Shown: positions 35,434 to 41,629 of the stretch, in pieces
Layout of the letters: each line of letters begins with the position of its first letter
How positions within the stretch are numbered: the first letter of the stretch is position 1
DNA from: Octopus bimaculoides
Taxonomy: Eukaryota
Direction of reading: 5' to 3'
Length of the DNA: 41,629 bases
Assembly: GCF_001194135.2 (NCBI RefSeq)
Contig: NC_068985.1
Location: 14,019,256-14,060,884, forward strand
Program-made: the position numbers and the translations under genes
Notes under the pieces: model-generated
The model's input: only the letters and a program-made list of their open reading frames with translations
What the model was told of the DNA's origin: nothing
Database searches by the model: none

Positions 35434-35746
35434 NNNNNNNNNNNNNNNNNNNNNNNNNNNNNNNNNNNNNNNNNNNNNNNNNNNNNNNNNNNNNNNNNNN
35501 NNNNNNNNNNNNNNNNNNNNNNNNNNNNNNNNNNNNNNNNNNNNNNNNNNNNNNNNNNNNNNNNNNNNNNNNNNNNNNNNNNNNNNNNNNNNNNNNNNNN
35601 NNNNNNNNNNNNNNNNNNNNNNNNNNNNNNNNNNNNNNNNNNNNNNNNNNNNNNNNNNNNNNNNNNNNNNNNNNNNNNNNNNNNNNNNNNNNNNNNNNNN
35701 NNNNNNNNNNNNNNNNNNNNNNNNNNNNNNNNNNNNNNNNNNNNNN
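35434..35746. other. Assembly gap
   Basis: Run of N. Confidence 1.
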
Positions 35747-36344
35747 ATATATATATATATATATATGTATGTATATGTATATATATATGTATTAAAAAAA
35801 CCTTTTCATATTAAAATTCAAACATTAAACCATTTATGTTTGTTTATTGTTTTTGCTTCTAAAAAAACCATCCTTAATACATATAATTGAATCAAATCAT
35901 GTTAATAATTTGGCAATTGAATGTCATTTTAAAGAATTATTACACTCTGGGTATCCATATTCAGCAATATAGTATTGTTTGTTGACACTGTCTTTTTCCT
36001 CTTTCGATATAAATCTGCTCACGTTTTTCACCCATATTCTTTCAAATGTTTCAGTTATTTAACTGAGGGTTTGTTGGACTCATTACCTTCTTGGATTTTA
36101 ATCCGGGCCATGCAGTTACACCTTCAGTACTCAATTAGCACTTAAATCTAGTTCACATTTTATCGGTCTTTATGTTGAACTTACAAAGCACAAACATAAA
36201 GCACTATTTTTCAAACAGTATCCATGTAAACACATAACACACACACACAACAAACGTTTGCTTGCATGTATGTGTGCGTGCGTGCATACATACATACATA
36301 CATACAAACAAAAATAATTTGTCTCCGTGGGAAGAGCCATTCTA

Positions 36345-36545
36345 ACGATGCGCCCTGCCCTAACTCTTCGAAACGCTTAGTTTTAGAATGGTAGCAGCTG
36401 ATGAAGGAAATGTTCTCTATGTGGCCTGTGTGATTTCTGTGCTCTGTTTATCATTTTGTCCACGTTTTTTTTTGCAACGTCCTGTACCCAGATATGCATA
36501 TATATATACATGTAGATGTAGGTATGTATATACATGTACGTATAT
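36345..36545 (+). repeat. Family D dispersed repeat
   Basis: Homologous to 32712-32945. Confidence 0.75.
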
Positions 36546-36844
36546 ATGCATATACTCACATATTATTTGTATTATTACATACATACATACATACATATGT
36601 ACGTACACACATATACACACTCATTCATGAACGTGTATCTATCTATTTGTCAGTCTGTCTGTCTCACTATATGGCAATCCTTCGGTATTGGTAGAGAGAC
36701 ATCATTCACCTACACGACCTTCCCACATGACAGATAAAGATGCTGGGTTGAAAAAGAGGGTGAATGATGTCATCTCATCACATTGACCCTCTGGATATCA
36801 ATACTAAAGGATCGCGCAGTGCATGTGTGTGTGTGTAAGCGCAT

Positions 36845-37160
36845 GCGTGGCTGTGTAGAAAGAAGTTTGCTTTCTAACCTCATGTATATGTATGTGTGTG
36901 TGTGTGTGTGTTTGTGTCTATTTGTCCAGTACTATAGCTTAACAACCGGTATTGGTTTGTTTCCGTCCCCGTAACTTAGCAATTTGGTAAAAAAATGACC
37001 GACAGAATAAGTGAAAGGCTTAAAAAAAAAAAAAAACAATAATTAAGCACTGGGGTCGATTCGTTCAACTAAGAATTATTCAAAGGCGGTGCCCCAGTAT
37101 GGTCGCATTCTGGTGGCTGAAACAAGTGTTTCAGTAACGTAAGTGGAACAAGTAAAAGAT
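36845..37160 (+). mobile_element. Family A SINE, internally deleted
   Basis: GTGGCTGTGTAG head stub joined to a tail with CCCCGTAACTTAGC..GGCGGTGCCCCAGTATGG. Confidence 0.75.
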
Positions 37161-38016
37161 AAAAATGAAAAAGATAAAAACAAAAAATATGTATCATAGC
37201 GATGTAAGTTATGTAAATTATTCGGGGTGGGGTATTAGCATTTATATTTACATAACATATTTTAACATACGTAATTAATATAAATAAATAAAGATGGAAT
37301 CTTGTAAAAATGTTTCCAACCACTTGAAGTATTTCAAAATTTCACATTCTAAAAAATTTTCTTCACTGATATAGTTTTGCAAATTGATAACGAAAATCAT
37401 TTTCATTTTTTCGAGAAAGTGATATAAAAAAAAAAAAGAAAAAAGGTACAGGCATTTAAAATTATGAAATTCTAGTCAACTGGAAGCCTCCATTTCTAAC
37501 ATAGCAGAAGTCGTATCTGTTTGTTTCTATGGTAAAACCACAAATGCAACGAAGATGAACCCTTTACGTAGTCTATCGATCTGTTAGAAATAGCTAAATC
37601 TTCCTTAACTTGCCATAACATCTAAAAAGAAAACAAGAAACGAAAAGGATGATGTATAAGGTCACAACATCATATACTTCCTTGCTTCAAGTAGGCTCAA
37701 GTGCTGTCCACTTGTTGAGTGTTATTATTAACATTTAAATCTCATCGAATGTAATTACTTGTTAAGATTATCTTAAGAGATATTTTACAGAAATAATAAC
37801 CAGCGCTGATTTTTACTACAATGTTTCGTACACGAGACGTCAGATGTAAACAACGAGACGAAAAGAGGATAATGGGTGTATATGCCATATTTCGGAGGTT
37901 TTTGTCCCTTCATCAACACCCATCTAACCCTTTAAACATCCTCGAACACATTGCTTAAATAACCATTATATAATGCAGTGTAACTTTATTGGTTATACCA
38001 ATTTTATATATTAAAC

Positions 38017-38466
38017 CAGGGGTCGCCAAACTTTTTCGACCATCGACTCCTTTAGCCACTTCTCCTTCTGCATTGACCCCTTTCAGCCACTTCTCCTTCT
38101 GCATCGATCACCCTCCTTATTTAAGATACCTTAATACCTTGCCCTACCGCACCATATCTAAAATGCGTACCTGGTACTGATATTGGCAATTAAAATGTTA
38201 GCTAAAATATCTAGGTACGACAAATTAAGAAATTCTGTTAAAGATGGCACACTTTTTACATTTCAAACTACGTGTACGAGTATTAAGGGGTCAATGCAGT
38301 GAAAATTTGTTTTCCCACGCTTTCATGCGCTAAGTATTTCAAGCAGTTCATCTGGGTGAGCTGGACTTTCGCACGCCGACCCCATTCGACCCCTTAGCTA
38401 TCATCGCACCCCTGTAATTGCTCACCGACCCCTAGGGGTCCTTAGGACCCCCTTTGGCGACCCCTG
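38017..38466. mobile_element. hAT-superfamily MITE
   Basis: Perfect 14-bp TIRs CAGGGGTCGCCAAA / TTTGGCGACCCCTG; 8-bp TSD TATTAAAC vs CATTAAAC. Confidence 0.9.
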
Positions 38467-38675
38467 CATTAAACGTATTACTTTATAGTATATTACGGTT
38501 GCATAACGAAATACTGCGTACCGACAATTCATTTGTATCGAATGTAATAGTTTTTCGAACTCACGACCATTAAAACACCTATTGGGCCCCGCAGATCGAT
38601 ATTAAACGTACTTTCTCTTTTCTTACGGTGGAATTGTTTAACAAAGTTTGACGATGGAGAAATAATATCACCAAT

Positions 38676-39056
38676 GTTGTGTTGGCACTCCGTCGCTTAC
38701 GACGTCGAGGGTTTCAGTTGATCCGATCAATGGAACAGCCTGCTCGTGAAATTAACGTGCAAGTGGCTGAACACTCCACAGACACGTGTACCCTTAACGT
38801 AGTCCTCGGGGATATTCAGCGTGACACAGTGTGACAAGGCTGACCCTTTGAATTACAGGCACAACAGAAACAGGATGCAAGAGTGAGAGAAAGTTGTGGT
38901 GAAAGAGTACAGCAGGGTTCGCCACCATCCCCTGCCGGAGCCTTGTGGAGCTTTACGTGTTTTCGCTCAATAAACACTCTGAACGCCCGGTCTGGGAATC
39001 GAAACCGCGATCCTATGACCGCGAGTCCGCTAACCACTGGGCCATTGCGTCACCAC
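38676..39056 (-). mobile_element. Family B tRNA-derived SINE, full length, with 12-bp TSD
   Basis: A/B-box head at 39056; flanked by perfect AATATCACCAAT at 38664-38675 and 39057-39068. Confidence 0.92.
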
Positions 39057-39272
39057 AATATCACCAATACCACCACCCCAACGACCAACATCACCATAAT
39101 CGTCATCAACACTATTCTTCATGCAATAAAAACATGGCAACCAATACTTTCACCACTACCACCACCACCACAGCCTCCACCACCAAATACCATCTTAGTC
39201 TTTACATTGTTTTATTGCCATCAATATACAAAATCATTAATTGATAAAGTAACATATTTCAAACACCCTCCG

Positions 39273-39342
39273 CTCACATAGCGTACGTCACTCACATAGC
39301 GTACGTCACTCACATAGCGTACGTCACTCACATAGCGTACGT
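39273..39342 (+). repeat. Perfect 18-bp tandem repeat (CTCACATAGCGTACGTCA) x3.9
   Basis: Direct observation. Confidence 0.98.
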
Positions 39343-39690
39343 TATTGTGTGGTTTTATTTGTATTTTTAGTATCGACTTATCATGAAAGACATAATTTTT
39401 TATAACAAAAATTCTTAGACACATATTGACAACTTCTAGACATGCCGAAGACCTGCTTACTCACATTCAAAACACATCGACGGCTACTTGAACAATTTAT
39501 ATAAACCATACGACCTGTGCCTTAGTTTATATTCTTTTATTGGAAATCTGCAGGGAGCAGACATTCCTGTCCGTTCCCATTTCCTTGTTTATACAACAGA
39601 AGATCGATCGATGGTGGACTACACAAGGTCCTTGCACACTTACAAAAGACACAGACTAGATTTTTACTTTATATATATATATATATATAT

Positions 39691-40121
39691 NNNNNNNNNN
39701 NNNNNNNNNNNNNNNNNNNNNNNNNNNNNNNNNNNNNNNNNNNNNNNNNNNNNNNNNNNNNNNNNNNNNNNNNNNNNNNNNNNNNNNNNNNNNNNNNNNN
39801 NNNNNNNNNNNNNNNNNNNNNNNNNNNNNNNNNNNNNNNNNNNNNNNNNNNNNNNNNNNNNNNNNNNNNNNNNNNNNNNNNNNNNNNNNNNNNNNNNNNN
39901 NNNNNNNNNNNNNNNNNNNNNNNNNNNNNNNNNNNNNNNNNNNNNNNNNNNNNNNNNNNNNNNNNNNNNNNNNNNNNNNNNNNNNNNNNNNNNNNNNNNN
40001 NNNNNNNNNNNNNNNNNNNNNNNNNNNNNNNNNNNNNNNNNNNNNNNNNNNNNNNNNNNNNNNNNNNNNNNNNNNNNNNNNNNNNNNNNNNNNNNNNNNN
40101 NNNNNNNNNNNNNNNNNNNNN
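39691..40121. other. Assembly gap
   Basis: Run of N. Confidence 1.
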
Positions 40122-40220
40122 TATATATATATATATATGTATTATGAAAGGTTTAGTTCACTGGTGATCTTAACGAATAGATACGCTGTGTAAGTGCTAT
40201 AATTGGTCATCCGTTAGGTT

Positions 40221-40253
<33 letters not shown>

Positions 40254-40349
40254 CACACACACACACACACAGTGTATCCTTACATATTACATATATTAGA
40301 TAAACCCATATACATATATACGTGCACACACATCTTAACCTTGTTTCAG

Positions 40350-40457
40350 CCGGAGGTTGTGGCGAAACACACAATGAAAACACATGCACCTACATACGTA
40401 GAGGCATGTACGTATGATATGTGGCAAGTGTACACGCTGACCAAATGTATGACCAAA
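40350..40457 (+). other. Candidate 108-nt symmetric exon (PEVVAKHTMKTHAPTYVEACTYDMWQVYTLTKCMTK)
   Basis: Acceptor CTTAACCTTGTTTCAG and donor AAA|GTAAGG; phase-0 frame open; no recognised homology. Confidence 0.2.
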
Positions 40458-40761
40458 GTAAGGCAACGAATAGACGCACTGACCGCAGTTAAGTGGCTGA
40501 CAGACCTAATTCTCGTCAATGACAAAAAAGAATGTTTCATACATTAGTCAGGATCAAACTTATGTCTCGTCCATTTGAAAGAAAACATCGTGTGAATTAT
40601 GGACTAGCAAGAAGTTTGGTTGTAAAAATAAAGATGGAATTAGACAGGTGGTTACTGATTATGTGCAGCGGTGGGGGAGGGGCTATATTATAAATATTAT
40701 AAGACGGCTTCTTAAGTAGTAGGTCGAAGAATAGATACACAGTTAGCATGATATACTCTTA

Positions 40762-41163
40762 ACTCTTTTACTTGTTTCAGTCATTTGACTGCGGCCATGC
40801 TGGAGCACCGCCTTTATCGAGCAAATCGACCCCAGGACTAAGCCTTTGTAAGCCTAGTACTTATTCTATCGGGTCTCTTTTGCCGAACCGCTAAGTTACG
40901 GGGACGCAAACACACCACCATCGGTTGTCAAGCGATGTTGGGGTACAAACACAGACACACAAACACACACACACATATATATATACATATACATATATAC
41001 GACGGGCTTCTTTCAGTTTCCGTCTACCAAATGCACTCACAAGGCTTTGGTCGGCCCAAGGTTATAGTAGAAAACACCTGCCCAAGGTGCCACGCAGTAG
41101 GACTGAACCCGGAACCATGTGGTTCGTAAGCAAGCTACTCACCACACAGCCACTCTTGCGCCT
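40762..41163 (-). mobile_element. Family A SINE, full length and young
   Basis: Near-consensus with CpGs intact. Confidence 0.92.
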
Positions 41164-41229
41164 GTATGTATATATATTTATATGTGCACATGGGCTGTAT
41201 TAGTTTCACGCTCGGGAAGAAGAGAAAGT

Positions 41230-41262
41230 GTTTAACGTTTCGGGCATAGCCTTCGTCGGAAA
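41230..41262 (-). ncRNA. Degenerate minimal hammerhead-ribozyme-like motif (Penelope-terminus type)
   Basis: Minus strand TTT-CCGACGA-A-GGC TAT GCC-C-GAAAC-GTT-AAA: core CUGANGA with U4>C, short stem II, palindromic AACGTT stem III. Confidence 0.4.
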
Positions 41263-41286
41263 GGAAAACGGACAAGTGCAAAGAAG

Positions 41287-41322
<36 letters not shown>

Positions 41323-41629
41323 ACGCACACAACAACACAATAGCATTTGTGTAGTTACATTGCAGAATGTGTATATATACATATAAGAAGAGAAGGAAAA
41401 TGGAGATTGAGAAGTTAATAATTGTTTATTATTTATAGCAAATTAATCATCATCCCTTACAGCTGTTTCAATTAATACTCAGTAAATATTAGATTTATAT
41501 GACATGAGCACAGTATCTTCAGAGGGAAAAAATATATAGCCTTGGTTGGTTTATATTTGCTTATGGATTCATTATAGCAAACTAAATCAAAAGTGGGGAG
41601 TGGAGTGTGTGTGTGTGTGTGTGTGTGTG

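Noticed and set aside
39273-39342. CRISPR array
   Set aside because: No spacers; eukaryotic context
39466-39547. Minus-strand exon with strong GTGAGT donor
   Set aside because: Stops in all frames and no linked exons

Overview
AT-rich, repeat-dense eukaryotic DNA with 7 N-gaps. The SINE families match those I recall from octopus (coleoid cephalopod) genomes; this is recalled, not searched. No protein-coding gene can be named with confidence. Most listed ORFs are microsatellite or N artefacts, and the only recognisable protein homology is a frameshifted RTE-type LINE reverse-transcriptase fragment (10360-10568). The window holds many SINE copies from at least four families, several MITE-like DNA elements, microsatellites and a degenerate minisatellite. 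Most unusual observations: (1) a dispersed palindromic element built from head-to-head TTAGGG/CCCTAA arrays around a conserved linker (33441-33642 and 28418-28580); (2) a MITE-like hairpin at 565-771 whose ends supply splice acceptor and donor motifs on both strands, around a 165-nt open frame; (3) an apparent CpG-decay boundary near 24.2 kb, suggesting a methylated minus-strand gene body to the left of a promoter-like region at about 25.6-26.5 kb.
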